This document shows positions 1-41,493 of a stretch of DNA of 64,000 nucleotides, piece by piece (the first letter of the stretch is position 1; every line of letters begins with the position of its first letter). Under the pieces are notes generated by a model. It made no database searches and had not been told where the DNA came from. It saw only the letters and a program-made list of their open reading frames with translations. Source of the DNA: Amoebidium appalachense (Eukaryota > Protista > Ichthyosporea). The translations under genes and the position numbers were made by a program. The DNA lies in assembly GCA_963693365.1 (NCBI GenBank), contig CAVNZM010000001.1, positions 17,479,840 to 17,543,839 on the forward strand. The letters run 5' to 3'.

Positions 1-452
1 GTAGGCGGTCGGGTGCGCCTACCGGCGTATTTAGCTGTTGGCGGGCCTGAGTCGCTGCAGCACCTATACGGGGTGCAGGCGTACTGCGGGCTCCCCCCGA
101 CGATGCAGGCCAGGTTGGACGAGGCGCAGTCATAGCCCTTGTCGGCCAGCCACTGCGTGCACGTGTCGCTGCCGCCCATAATCCCAAACCCACTCTTGCG
201 AGCGTAATTCTGAGGTTTCGAGGACTTGCGGAAGGCGCGCTCCTCCACTACCCATGGGTTACCCGTACAGCACTTTGCGATGGAACATGCATCCTCGTTC
301 CCGTGGCTGTCCCACCTGAAGCCTACATCCTCACAGTCGGTGTCAACTAACGTGCAGCCATAGACGAAATTAGAGCCCACCCAGTCACGGCAGAACAGTT
401 GGTCCGCCTTTGCAAGGCCTGTTAGGGCCGCCAAGACAAGGAGAAGAGTCAT
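1..452 (-). CDS. Secreted cysteine-rich protein with two 6-Cys repeats (3' end lies beyond the window)
   Basis: ATG at 452 in an AAAC-ATG context, open to base 1 with no stop, so it is absent from the ORF track. Translation MTLLLVLAALTGLAKA-DQLFCRDWVGSNFVYGCTLVDTDC...ACSIAKCC...DTCTQWLADKGYDCASSNLAC...ACTPYRCC: signal-peptide-like N-terminus plus two CxxW..C..C..C..CC modules. GC-rich and repeat-free. Confidence 0.8.
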   Translation of the reverse strand, partial: MTLLLVLAALTGLAKADQLFCRDWVGSNFVYGCTLVDTDCEDVGFRWDSHGNEDACSIAKCCTGNPWVVEERAFRKSSKPQNYARKSGFGIMGGSDTCTQWLADKGYDCASSNLACIVGGSPQYACTPYRCCSDSGPPTAKYAGRRTRPP

Positions 453-1180
453 GTTTGCTTGGTTCGATGTCTGCTCGTCTGCTTGTGACGACTGAGAAAA
501 AGCCGCGGCATACTAGTGGCCACTTTTATCCGTGCCATCAACTGGAGAGTTTGTCGTGTTCTTTTTATCCGGATTGGAATGGGACTGCTGATGGCTTTTA
601 TGATGAATCGTTTTTTTGATGATGTTTTTGTGTTAGCGAATCAATGAAAACATATTGTAGCGTACCTGGCCTGCCTTTGCTAAGCCTGTAGCCTGTCAAC
701 AATATTATTACTGGGGGCTTTGGCCGCCAAGATACAACTTCGAAATGGATGTACAGAATTTAGCAACTTCTACCGCCCCCAAGGTTAACGTTCATGACCC
801 ACTCGGCATTGCGTCTCTAGCTGATGGTATATCTCTAGCTGATGGTATTATTGGTCAAATACCACGCTTTTACTGTACACGTGCTATACAGTGGAGACCT
901 AATAAGTATAAGGTGGCATCGCTTGCATGCCCAAACAACACACACACACACACCAGTTTAAACGGTCATGTATCGCCAAATGTAGTTTGATAGACCACAT
1001 AATACCGCAACACACACATGTGTACACGTCACATTCACAACCTAGACACCCAGAAAGATAGCCTACCTGTAAATTACAACATCCTTGATTTTATAGTAAA
1101 CACGCGTAACTATGACCTGTTCATTAGATGTATTGATTGGCTTGAGAAACACATCACTACAAAATTCTAGCGCGCGCACA

Positions 1181-1346
<166 letters not shown>

Positions 1347-1398
1347 CCAGCTGATACCGAGTGTCCCAGGGGAGCCCCCCCCCCCCCCCCCCCCCCCC

Positions 1399-1474
<76 letters not shown>

Positions 1475-2293
1475 AAAAAAAAAGGGGGGAACCCCAACTA
1501 ATTGATTTTTCTTAGTCTTTATGGTGTCTCGTAGAGAAAGTAAACCCTGATATATAGTCATCACCCGACATCTATGTACGTGATCATGATATACCGCTGA
1601 GGGGATATTCCGAGCAAAAAACCCCCATACCTGAGACAGGTCTCTCTTTGCCTCGAGTAAACAGCGTAAACCCCCTTGCGTGCATGGAATGTGCGGAATG
1701 CGTTGTTTGCATGGTTCCCCCTAAACTTCCTATCATGCTGCGCACATGTGCAGTGTGGGCCGTGGCCCTGGACGTCCGCCATGTGTTCCGTGCGACAGTG
1801 TCACAGCAGCAGGCCTATATTTCTTATTATGAGCAACAAAAACCAGTCCCATTTGCAGTCATTATCAGTGATTTTTTCATCTCTCACGGAATAGCCCCTA
1901 CAGGCTATTGGAATGGACTCTAAATTACGAATCCTAAGAAAACCCGGCTAGCCCGTAACCTGTGCCGATCACGCGTTGCAACCATCACAGTAAGTGATTG
2001 GATTATAGTCACTCAGTGTCACAAGTTGCTGTATAAATCTCCCAAAAACATCAACTGTGACCCTGGCACGTACTGACTGTGCCTTCTAGCCTATGGAGGA
2101 TAAATCGACGCTGGCTGGTCTATTTTTTCAAGGTAGCCGTCACGTGATCAGCCGAGCTTTCTGTATCGTCCGCGTCTTCGGACTTGTAAAATAAGAGCTA
2201 CCAGACTGTGACGAGAAAACGGTTCAAAGCAAAGTTGAGCCCAGGCCACTCGAGATCGGTGGCCCACGTTCACTGCTTAGACATCCCCCCCCC

Positions 2294-2324
<31 letters not shown>

Positions 2325-2426
2325 ACACCACCACCACCACCACCACCACCACCACACACACACACACACGTGACACGCGCGCGCGCACACACAATTCCAC
2401 CCAACCACCACCACCACCACCACCGA

Positions 2427-2457
<31 letters not shown>

Positions 2458-3297
2458 CACACACACACACAACATACACACAGTGCACACACACAGTGTA
2501 ACACAGTCTCGATATACCATATCGTACGGTCCAGGTGGCACTTGCAATTGTATGTGTTGCACACTGATTCGACATTGCTACCGTTCACTATGGTTAACCA
2601 CCACCACTGTGCACAAATTACAACCAGCATATGCATAATAATATGCACTACATTTTTCGGTACAGTAGTAGGTTCAATTTACTCATTAGTGGTATCATGA
2701 TACAAAAACCTATGTCCGTTTTCAATCATCTCCAAGAAAGTTCGCCTTCGAATTTGTTTCGAATCTGTTTTCAAATAGCTCTTATTATGCAAATACAGTA
2801 GCCACATGCACATCCGAAACACGCACATGTACGTGGTCTATGTGCAGTACTCCATGTTGCACACACTCGTGCCCGTGCACATCTTCACACTCAGCAACAA
2901 CACAAAAAAGGCGGAGTCGAGGAGAGAAAAAAAAAACATCAACCCATACAGTCGTTGCATTATGGTTTTTATAAACTTCAAAAAAAGTAGGAATATCAAA
3001 TCGAAATCACATTCAATTCGTTCTGTGCACACCATTTGCTTCACAGGTCATTAAAATTACTGCCAAACATGGCAAAATTAGCCTATTGGGATCCACAACA
3101 TGCATGCAGCGTGTACTTGAGGCAACACACACATACATCTCCAAACTCAACAATGTCTTAGGCTACGAAAGCACTCATCATCAGAACAGTAACCTAAACA
3201 AGAGAAAAAGGGCAAGAAGAGGCCAAAAAAAAGTTGAAGAGAGGAAATACCTTCTGCACAAAATGACTACGTCTGTGGACAACCGCACAATATATGG

Positions 3298-26302
<23,005 letters not shown>

Positions 26303-26613
26303 CAGCGCGGATTTAAAACCTGGATGAAATAAAGATCAGTTGCTGGTGTCGAAACAGGTGTAGGTCACGACTAGAGTTGCCACGGATGCAGATGAATTGC
26401 TAATAACTATTGTATGACTGAAAACAGATAGATAGGTGTCACTTTGGGCATCGATGAATGTGGTTACTAACTGCCTCTTCACCCTTTTCTCTCGCACGAG
26501 CTGTCCAAGTCATAACTGTTGTGCTCGTGTGGTTACGCACTCTGACAGAAGTAAGAGGGCATCGACTTAAGAACTAGGTGCTAAACGAACTCTTTATCAT
26601 TCACACACACACA

Positions 26614-26679
<66 letters not shown>

Positions 26680-26717
26680 CTCTCACTTACACACACACAC
26701 GCACACAGGCACACGCA

Positions 26718-26793
<76 letters not shown>

Positions 26794-26848
26794 CCCTGTC
26801 TCCTTCTCTCGCTCTCTCCCTCCCTCTCCCTCCCTCTCTTTCTCTCTC

Positions 26849-26910
<62 letters not shown>

Positions 26911-27666
26911 CCCTCGCCTCTCTGCCTCTCTCCGTCTCTCCCTCTTTGCCTCTCTCTCTCTCTCTCTGCTCCTTCCTCCCGCTCTCCCTTTCTCCCTCTC
27001 TCTTCATCCCCACCTTCTCTGTCTCGTGCGCTCTCCGAATTTCTTGCTCCCTCCTCCCCCTCCCTCCCCTGTATTCTTGTCTCCTCTACCCTCCCAAAGC
27101 GTTCTCTCTCTGTCTATATGGATAGATATGTTGTAGTATGTATCTTCCTCCAGCCCCGGGCCCCAAACGGCCTTCAACCTGCCCACCCTCCCCTCCCTCC
27201 CTCTCTCCGCCTCTTTCTCCAAACGTCTCATCCACGGCTCTCTAGCGATACATTCTCTCCTTCTCAACGACCACCAAAAAGCCCTCATTGGGCTCTTAAT
27301 CCGTGTATTACCTTTCTGCTTGTGTTCTAGTTTCACTGCCCGTGCTTCTACAGGCAAGCCAGTAGGTGGAACACCTTTGCAAGTGCGTGCCTCGTTGCAA
27401 AGGCTTCAGTCTTGTTCCTTTTTACACGTGATTTCCAAAAAATAAATGGCGGGAGATGTAACCACCAATAGGAACCAGCCTACTGTGTCCATATATGGCA
27501 GAAACGCGAAAAAGCTGAGAAAGCTCAAAGCTTGTCGGTCAGGCAGCCTGTACGTAGAGTCTTCAAGGACAAGCGCACAACTTCTAGTCAAAAGATCTCC
27601 TAGTCACATTCCCTACGCTTCTCCTTGCTTTATAAACCACGCTTCCCCATTTCTCTGTTTTGCAAC
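26303..27666. promoter_or_regulatory. Divergent intergenic region between NAA25 and the 2OG oxygenase, with CT/CA microsatellites
   Basis: Head-to-head start codons 1.36 kb apart; ~500-bp CT-rich block at 26615-27110. Confidence 0.45.
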
Positions 27667-28520
27667 ATGAGTCCAAAGCGCACAGGCCCACCAGCGAAAA
27701 AAATGGGCAAGGATCCAGCACCCACAACACCCATTCCTTGGCCGAAGCTCACCAAGAAGAAAGGCAAGGTCATAGCAGATGTTAGCGGGGATGGGGCCGT
27801 ATACGTGATAGACGAACTACTAAGCCCACAAGAAACACAGGCAATTATAAACATAGGAGCGAAGATAGGGCTTGAATCTACTTGGGCACCACCTAGAAAA
27901 GGTTATGCTTACCGAGATAATGAACGTGTGCTGATACAAGATGCGCAATTCTCCGACGCCCTTTGGCAGCTGCTGCGGCCTTTCGTAGAGGACTTGGTTG
28001 TTGATGGAAGGTCACCTGCGGGTTTGAACGAAGATCTAAGAATATACAGGTGGGTGATCCATCCCCTTATTCTCGTCCCGTCCACCCGGCCACCATTCAC
28101 CATCACCTCCACCATCAACCCCACGAGAGCGAGAAAGACTTGAACAGTGTAAAGAGATATCGAGATGGACAGACTTTCCAGCATTACCTCTTTCGTCCCA
28201 TCCTTTCTATTCCATCCGCCGATTTCTGTGTCGTCTGCTTCACTACTCTTTTTATGTTGATTTCGTGCATTTTGCCTAAACGATCAGTCCCACGATCCCC
28301 CCCCCTCACCTCCCTCCGTTTAACCTCCAAACACCTGCCCTCGATTTTTTTAGGTGTGTGGTGGTTTTTAGGCTCCCCACTTTCACTACTGACCTGCCAT
28401 TCAGTTACTCCTACCACTTTCCCCTCCACTCTTCTCCCCTAACCTCCTCCCCCCTGCCCCCCCTTCCCAATACACACATGCGCGCACGCGCACGCGCACG
28501 GGCACATACACACACACGCA

Positions 28521-28552
<32 letters not shown>

Positions 28553-28585
28553 CACGCACACACACACACATAATCGCAGGCACAC

Positions 28586-28674
<89 letters not shown>

Positions 28675-28816
28675 TCCACCTTTGCTATAGTTTTGAGCAG
28701 TCGTGCACACAAAACCCCCTTCTTTTAGAAAGAAAAAAGCCTGCACTTATAGATACGATCCATCCTCTCTCCCTCCTCCTCCCCCCTCCCCCCCACCCCC
28801 CCCAAGCCTTTATCAC

Positions 28817-28848
<32 letters not shown>

Positions 28849-29026
28849 TCCTCCCTCCGTGGATGTTTTTGTTTCACAAACCCTCCTTTCTTCCCTGCAC
28901 GTTCTTTACCTTGCTCATCCCCTTCCTGATCCTCTCCCTCCCCCCCGCCAGCGCCCCCTCTTCACCCCAACTAGCACGGTCGGCCTCCTTTCCATGCACG
29001 TATTTTCATATTGCGTCCCGTCCCCG

Positions 29027-29062
<36 letters not shown>

Positions 29063-29709
29063 CCCCCACCCCACCCCCTCCCCCTGCCGCCGCCGCTGGG
29101 CTAGTCTTCACGGTATCGCTGTTCGGTTGCAAATTCTCCGTCTCGCCCTCCCCACATGCCCATCCACTCTCATCGCACACATATTCGTATCCTTCAGCTC
29201 GCTCCTTCCCTGTACAGTGTTCCGCGTGTTGCATATTCTCCCTCCCGTCCCCCCCCCCTCCCCCCCCCCCCCCCCCCCCAAAAAAAAAAAAAAAAACACC
29301 CTTACCAAACTCCCGCACTGTGCCTGTTGCACACTTGCAAGTGTTCCACCTCGGTTTTTCTCTCCCACAAGCACCTCTTGCACCAAATTCCTCCGTAGAC
29401 ACAGCAACCCGTTTTAATGTCCATGTTTCCATTTCTCACTCACACAGCGTTAAATTATCTGTGACTGCATAAGCTCCCTTTTTTTTTTTTTTACCCTGTC
29501 GTCTCTGTTGTGTCCTGCCCCATATTCTTGGCCATTTATCCGTTTGCCCTCATACGATGTATTGTGTTCTAACTTGTGGCCAACCACCCCCTAGACACCC
29601 ACACACACACAATCGCGCGAGTAAGCACACACACACACACGCGCGCGCGCATCCGCACACGTACACACATACACATGCACGCACACAGATGCATCCGGAT
29701 CCGCGCACA

Positions 29710-29796
<87 letters not shown>

Positions 29797-30089
29797 ACAA
29801 GCCGTCACAGCGCTTTGGTCCACACATAGATGAAAACGTGCCCAAAGGCAACACAGTGTCCGAGTACACTGTCCTTTTCTATCTGACGGGGGGTACCGAT
29901 ACCGAGCCCACCATCAAGGGGGGTTCAACAACATTTCACTCCAAACCCCCCGTTAGTGTCAGCCCCAGGACGGGGAGGGTGTGTGTGCACTGGCAGATGC
30001 ACAACTGTTTGCATGAGGGAGAGATGGTGGAGAGGGGGGATAAGTGGATACTTAGGACAGACATTATGTATCCTAAATTTAGGAGATAG
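27667..30089 (+). CDS. 2-oxoglutarate/Fe(II)-dependent dioxygenase, prolyl 4-hydroxylase alpha-like, 2 exons (27667-28049, 29795-30089)
   Basis: Exon 1 MSPKR...AYRDNERV...[13 protein letters not shown] intron 28050-29794, exon 2 [14 protein letters not shown]...TVLFYL...GGSTTF...CLHEG...[10 protein letters not shown]. It shows the HxD...H facial triad and a downstream basic residue typical of 2OG binding. Confidence 0.9.
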
Positions 30090-30392
30090 GAAAGGGTTTG
30101 ATGCTATCTATTCAATTGCAGCATCGACCATGGTCAGTAGTATTTTTCTTTTTCTTTTTTTTTCTTTTTTTATTTCGGGGGGAGGGGGGGGGGCAGGTAG
30201 TAGCAGCAGCAGCGCTAATATTAGCATCAAAATACCCGCTCATGACGTCATGTCCAGACACGTAATCGTGACCGGATCAGATTTTATTGAGCATCTTGTT
30301 CAGTGACCGTTATTGAACAAATAAACGGTGGTAAATAAACTACACTCCTACTTCATAATATAAGCAATACTTGGTTGGGCCCAGCTCATCCG

Positions 30393-30469
<77 letters not shown>

Positions 30470-30599
30470 GTGCGTTGTGCGTGTGTGTGTGTGTGTGCGT
30501 GTGTGCGTGTGTGCGTGTGTGTGCGTGTGTGTGTGTGCATGTAACTGGGAACTTGACCCTCAACCTAGAACACCGTTTCACGACCCTGGGCTTCTGCCA

Positions 30600-31924
<1,325 letters not shown>

Positions 31925-32485
31925 GAGGCGTTAAGCGCTTGTAAAAAAACTGAAGTATTGAAAAAGTGCCTGAGGGTCGCCCGACCACGACCATCCCTTA
32001 GCCAAAAAAATCGGCTCCTTGTTTAACCCGAATTTTCTAAAAAGATAGGAAAACTAAAAGACACTGTTAAGAGTAAACTTGGGGGGAAAGACCTCAGAAG
32101 AAGAAAACAAAGTCTTTGAGCGAAGCTACGAATGTGATTAGCGCCAGCTTTAGCTCCCATGTGGCAAGAGTCTTCAAAGTGATGAATGAATAAAACAAAG
32201 TGAGAGAAAAAAAGCCTCTTAGCATACGAGTCTTTTGTCCAAGGGAATTAATATAAAACCTTCGTGTCTGATGTTTGGTGGAAATGTCAAAGGTTCATCT
32301 AGGAACGAAGCTAAGAGGGTTGGTGTGAGCTTGTCACTGCTACGTTGCTCCACAAATGGTTGGTATCTTGTTGCAGGTCACGTTGCCTGCACCAATCAGC
32401 AAATCCCTTCATGCCTTTAAAAAAAGGGTTGTGTATCGTGGAGGCTCTATCATTATTATGTTGTATGGTCAGTTGAATACCGGTA

Positions 32486-32526
32486 AAGGAGTGTGCTACT
32501 ACAAACTTTGTAGTAGCACACTCCTT
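32486..32526. repeat. Perfect inverted repeat: 20-bp arms around a single central base
   Basis: AAGGAGTGTGCTACTACAAA-C-TTTGTAGTAGCACACTCCTT; the arms are exact reverse complements. Confidence 0.95.
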
Positions 32527-32596
32527 AAGGCGAAGGATTAGACCCGAGGCTCACGCGAACGTGTGTTGTTTCAGATTTTTTCCGTATGTGCTCCCA

Positions 32597-32630
<34 letters not shown>

Positions 32631-32726
32631 ACCCCCCACCCTTCCTCCCGTTCCCCCCCCCGTTCCCCCCCTCCCCCGATACAAAATAAAAAGCAACACA
32701 ACAAGCCCTTTGTGGTGTCTACTTTC

Positions 32727-32758
<32 letters not shown>

Positions 32759-33715
32759 CTCCCCCTTCCCCCCCTCCCCGCCCCCTCCCTCCCCCTCGCA
32801 CAATGGGGGCGAAGGGAGGGGGGAGGGGGGGAGGGAGGGCGGGGAGGGAGAGGGAGGAGATAAGGGGGGGGGAGGGGGAGGGGGGATGGGAAAGGTCTGG
32901 GGAGAGGGGGATGGGATCACTGCCCCCCTGCCCCCCCCCCCCCCCCCTCCAGGCGGGGGCTCTCGGCTCAGGTAAAAAGGAGCATATCAGTGATTTAAGT
33001 CAGTAACGGGATTTGCTGAGACATTGTGCGGTGGTGGAGGTTGGGAAGGAAGTAACGGGGGAATGCGAGACTCTCTTCTTGATCCCTCCACCTGCCTCGG
33101 GTGCAGACACATCCAGTTGTCTCATTTGATCAAGAGGAAGGAAAAGAGATGCATTATATATACGACTATAATGTCTAGCTTTGTACGTAGTTGTGTGGAA
33201 GTGCTGTTGGTTAAGCTGGTGCCAGGACCTAATCACAGCCTCAAACGTATGTCGCTAATAAACAGCACACTAAAATGCATATTAGCCCCCCCCCCCCCCC
33301 CCCCCCCCCCACCCCTACCCCCTACCCCCTCCCCCCCTTCTCGCTCGCACCCCTGCTTCCCACCCGTGTTAGTCAAGTACACAAGTACAGACACTGGCAG
33401 TGCGCCCTAACCGAAACACCACAATCGGTAGACAACCCCCACCATACATGTGAACGTCGATGCCCCCCCCTCCCCCCCCCCTCCCGGGCCACTGTACACA
33501 CACATACTCCTTTGGGCCCCCGCCCCGTCCATACCCCCCCCTCCCCCCCCCCCCCCCCCCCCCCCCCTCCATCCCCCACTCCATCCCCCACTCCCCCTGC
33601 CCCCCGGGCAAAGGTACGCCCCACATGTGAGTGGCCATGGAATTAGATCCACAGTGCTCACAGGAAACTGCATTGTCAATGAGCAAAAATGGAGGAGCCC
33701 CGGGTGGGTGGGGTT

Positions 33716-33746
<31 letters not shown>

Positions 33747-33913
33747 GCAAGCGTGCATGCATCACGGTTCGAGCTACTGTATGCCAAGTGTTGGCCCCCC
33801 TTCAGAAAGGATGTGGCTGTCTGTGGAACTGTGTCCATGAGCTGGTAGGCTGGGGTGAATATTGCAGGCCATAGTGTGGCTCACTCAAAGTGTAGCTCAT
33901 AGTGTCTGCCGGT

Positions 33914-34160
33914 CTGCCACTGGGGGAAAAGGGAGACATGTGGGATATATCCCGACCTGCCACTGGTTAGGGAGGGAGATATTTGGCCTATCTCCCAGCC
34001 TGCCACTGGGGAAAAAGGGAGACATGTGGGATATATATCGACCTGGGAGGGAGGGTGATATATGGCATATCTCCCTGCCTGCCAACTGGGAGGGAGATAG
34101 ATATATGGCATATCTCCCTGCCTGCCAATGGGGAGGGAGGGACATACATATGGCATCCCC
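33914..34160 (+). repeat. Tandem minisatellite, ~6 units of 43 bp with internal hairpins
   Basis: Units start at 33914, 33957, 34000, 34043 (short), 34079 and 34122 with CTGCCA(C/A). Internal GGGAGATA...TATCTCCC or GGGATATATCCC dyads. Confidence 0.85.
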
Positions 34161-34261
34161 CCTCCCCCTGCCCCCCCGCCCCCCTCCCCCCCTCCCCCCC
34201 CCCCCCTCCCCCCCTGTTCCTGCCCCCCGTAGATTCCGAAATATGGTATTTGCACTAGAAG

Positions 34262-37430
<3,169 letters not shown>

Positions 37431-37904
37431 GGGAGGGGGGGAGAGAGAAGGGAGGGGGGGACGGGGAGAAAAAGAAGGCTGAATTCACACTTTCAACCAG
37501 GTTGTTGTGGACTTAGGTGTGTGTGTAAGCGGGAGAAGGTATTAGTTTGGAATCTTAGAAATATGGGGGATATCAATACACGGTCGTGTCTAGGCACACA
37601 CGAGTGCGGGAGCAAAGCAGAAGGGATGTGGAATGCACAGGAACTAAAGGGAGAGTTGCCAACAAAAAAAAACGACCAGGCCTAGGAAGGAGACTACCAC
37701 CCAAAATAGGGTGGTGTGGAGTAAGACGTCAAAACGGCACCCAAATTTATAAACAACCCATCTTCCTTTGTATTTGCCGGCATAGCATTGACCTAGTCTA
37801 CACATATATTAAATGCTCCGGTGGGCTAAGGCGGCGAACGAGCAAAGTACGGTACTAAAAAAAAGAAAATGCCGCCTCGGGTACACACTAAATTACTAAC
37901 AGCT

Positions 37905-37939
<35 letters not shown>

Positions 37940-37973
37940 CCCCCCAATCTACTTCCTGTTACCCTTTCCCCCT

Positions 37974-38007
<34 letters not shown>

Positions 38008-38744
38008 ACCACCACCACCACTGTCGCCCACGCCCCCACCACTGCCATACTGGCAATGCCTGTTGGAAACACAGCTGCAGCCGACCACGCATCAGCCTTG
38101 TAACATGACACTGCAACTCTAACCATACACCTGCTCAGTCGGAGTGGTATAACAAGAGCTTGAAAAAAGCTAAGGAAAGCGAATGTATCCGTCACTGTTT
38201 TCCCGGGATTTTCCCCCTCGTCACTTAAGCCTTGCCCTTGCTAAAAAATACTATTACACAAATCGAAAAAAATGCCCATTATGATAGAATTGGTGAGTGA
38301 AAAAGAAGGAGCGATGTCTCATTATCCAAAAAGGAAATATGTCTTGTAGTCACTAATGAATAGTTTAAAATCACGAAGAACCCCGGGCATACTGTAGCCT
38401 TTGAAAAGAATTTGTGCCTGAAAGTGCGTTGAAAGTGTCAAAAGAGAGAAAACTGAAATCACCTAAATACCTATTGCTTCTGCAATACCACACAAGTGTG
38501 CATATCAATAGGGAGGCAACATCGTGTCACCAGCCGTGACTGTGGGGCCAGTGCTATTAGTTTTGTCTCCCGGCCATCATCAAAAGGCCGTGTCATGCAC
38601 TGGTGGCCTGTATATGTACTAGATCGTGGACCAACTTAGAGCCTATCGTTATTGCTGTCGTGGTCCAAAGGCAAACAGTTGAGTTCGAAAAACTGTATTG
38701 TCACGGTGCGGGTGTGACAGCGTGTGCAAGGTGTGTGCATGTGC

Positions 38745-38837
<93 letters not shown>

Positions 38838-38910
38838 CACATGTGTTTGTGCGAGCGCGAGTGCCGTGTGGTTGTGTGTAGGTGTGCGTGACACTGTGTG
38901 CACGTGTGTG

Positions 38911-38956
<46 letters not shown>

Positions 38957-39435
38957 GGGGAGGGGGGGGGGGGGGGGAGGGGGGGGGGGGGGCGGGGGCG
39001 GGGGAGGGGGAGGAGAGGATGGGCCGGGGGGCACTTCGACGCACTGTGCATGGTGCTCTGCTGGGCCAACTTTGTTTGATTTGAACTTCTGATTTGGAAT
39101 TCCCATAGAAACTATGTTGTTTAATTTAATAAGGAGGCAACAGGGGAAGAGAATAGTGACTTACAGTCTTACACAAGTGGCATATCGATAGTCTGTCGGT
39201 TGGGGATGACGGGATGGGCCGAAGGAAGGGTTTTCACGTGTGGTTGGGTACCGGTAGGCCTTAACTACGCATTAGCGGTGATGGGGCCACGCCCTGCCAG
39301 GAAAAGCAAATAGAAAATCTCTGACGTCTGCCTCACACACTCATATTTATCCGGAGATGTCCTGTCTATGATTTATATTTCGTTACCTAATCACAGACCA
39401 CCGTAAGTTAATTAATTCCCCTGCCCCCTGCCCCC

Positions 39436-39474
<39 letters not shown>

Positions 39475-39678
39475 ACCCTCCGCGCCCCCTCTCCCCCCTT
39501 CACCCCATCTAATCCACACATACTGTACGTTCCCCAACCGACACACCACCATTCAATCGCTTGACAACCCTAAGCACATACGTGGAAGTAACTTGATGCC
39601 TATCCTTTCCCACCTATGTACCCCTCCCCCCCCCCCCCCCCCCCTGCCCGCCCCCCGCAACCCCCCGGCCCCTTGGCC

Positions 39679-39709
<31 letters not shown>

Positions 39710-40397
39710 AAAAAAACATAAAAAAAAAAACATAAAAACACACACCCCTCTCCAGGCCCCCACCTCCCGATATACCCCCCCCCCCCCCCCCCCCCCTCTC
39801 TCTAACGCCTCCCTCCCGCGCGTGGGAAAGGTTGACCACGTGCACACACACCTTTGGCCTACCAAAAGCCAATCAAAGTCCCTATGTCGAGGTGATACGA
39901 TATCTCCATCTCATACACAACAGCTAATAATATTATGTAGGACAAACGAGAACCTTTTTATGTCTAACAGTCTACCTTTCATTCACACATACACTTACAC
40001 CTGCCATGCTATGGCAGGCAGACTATCTCCCACATGCACCGTGACTGCTCACACTCAACAGACAGCCAAGGCGTCGCTCACAGGTCAATGAAGTCCAACA
40101 TTTACTTGCTAAGACTAGCATCGCGCAAAGCGAGAGTGGGGGAGGCAAGCGTGCATGCATAAATTCGAGCAAACGTAGAAGAAATTTTGTCCCCGTTTCA
40201 CCAAGGATACTATGCCTGTCTGAGTGTGCTCTTGGGCGTGTCTATGGAGATAGGAGGTGGCGGCAGCGAGAAGGGGGGGGGGGGGGGGAAGGGGAAGATA
40301 AACAGGGAAAGAGGAGGGGTGGTCTTCAAGTAAACAATATTTTAGGGGCACGCAGGCGGCCGAGGAGGGTAGGTGTGGTGGTGGTGGTGGTGGTTTT

Positions 40398-40432
<35 letters not shown>

Positions 40433-40539
40433 TGGGATAGCAGGAAGCGAGCGTGTGTTATCTATTTGGCAACAGGAACCGTGAGTAGGTCGGGTTGGCT
40501 TGCACCGGAGGTGGTGGGGTTGGACGGGTGCCAAAGGGA

Positions 40540-40576
<37 letters not shown>

Positions 40577-41493
40577 GCGGTCAGGCAGTCAGAGGATTTG
40601 ATGTACAGAGGCTTCCAGCTACTCGGTACTTTACATGTAAAAAAGAAAAAACGGAAAAGGGGGACGATAGGCAGTGGTGGTTGTTTTTGGGTGGAGGGGG
40701 GCAGGCGGCGTCGGCTGGGGGATAGGTCCTGGGTCTAGGGGGGGGGGAGGGGGGGGGGGGGGAGAGGGCTGGCGTCAGTTGGGGAGGGGAGAAGGGGAGG
40801 TGGCGGCAGTGGGCCTGCGTGTGTGTATGTGTGTGTGTGTTTGGGAGGAAAGGGGGGCAGGGGGGGAGGGGGGATGCGTGTGTGTGTTTGGGAGAAAAGG
40901 GGGGCGGGGGAGGGGGGGGGGGGGGGGAGGAGGGGAAGGGGAGGGGCGGAGGGGGAAGAACCGGCGCCGGCGGCGAGTGGGGAGGGGTGTGTGGCACCAG
41001 TGTGGGAACGAGGGGGGGGAGGGTGGCAGCAGCGGGGAAGGGTGGGCACGTTGCGGCAGTTGGGGACGCCGCGCGGGGGGGGGGGCAGCATTGGGGGTAC
41101 TAATGGACTAGCGGCGACAGGAAGGGGGGAGGGAGGGGGGAGACGGGCAGCATGGGAATAAGGGAGTGCGGGAGGGAAGGGGGGGGGGAGGGGGCAAACG
41201 GAACACACTGGTTTTCTTCGGCCTGAAGGGTTGTTTGGGGCATCCAGATCCCCACTGCATTCCTTTTCGTCTGTGCTTGTGCTACACTATCTCGACAATT
41301 ACACATAGAAAGCTGCCAAAATCAGCAGTGTTTAGTGCTAAAACACTCAGAGCGAGCGGGGATGAGAAAAGGTTAAAACTAGAACAAGACTCACAAGTCA
41401 GTACAAAAGAGGGTAAAGAGGGAGGAAGTGGAAAAGACGGGATCTACGAAACGAGCCTTTATACTGATCATAGCAAAGGTCACCTCAGTGCCC

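Noticed and set aside
33914-34160. CRISPR-like array
   Set aside because: Units are whole tandem copies without unique spacers, no cas genes are present, and the context is eukaryotic.
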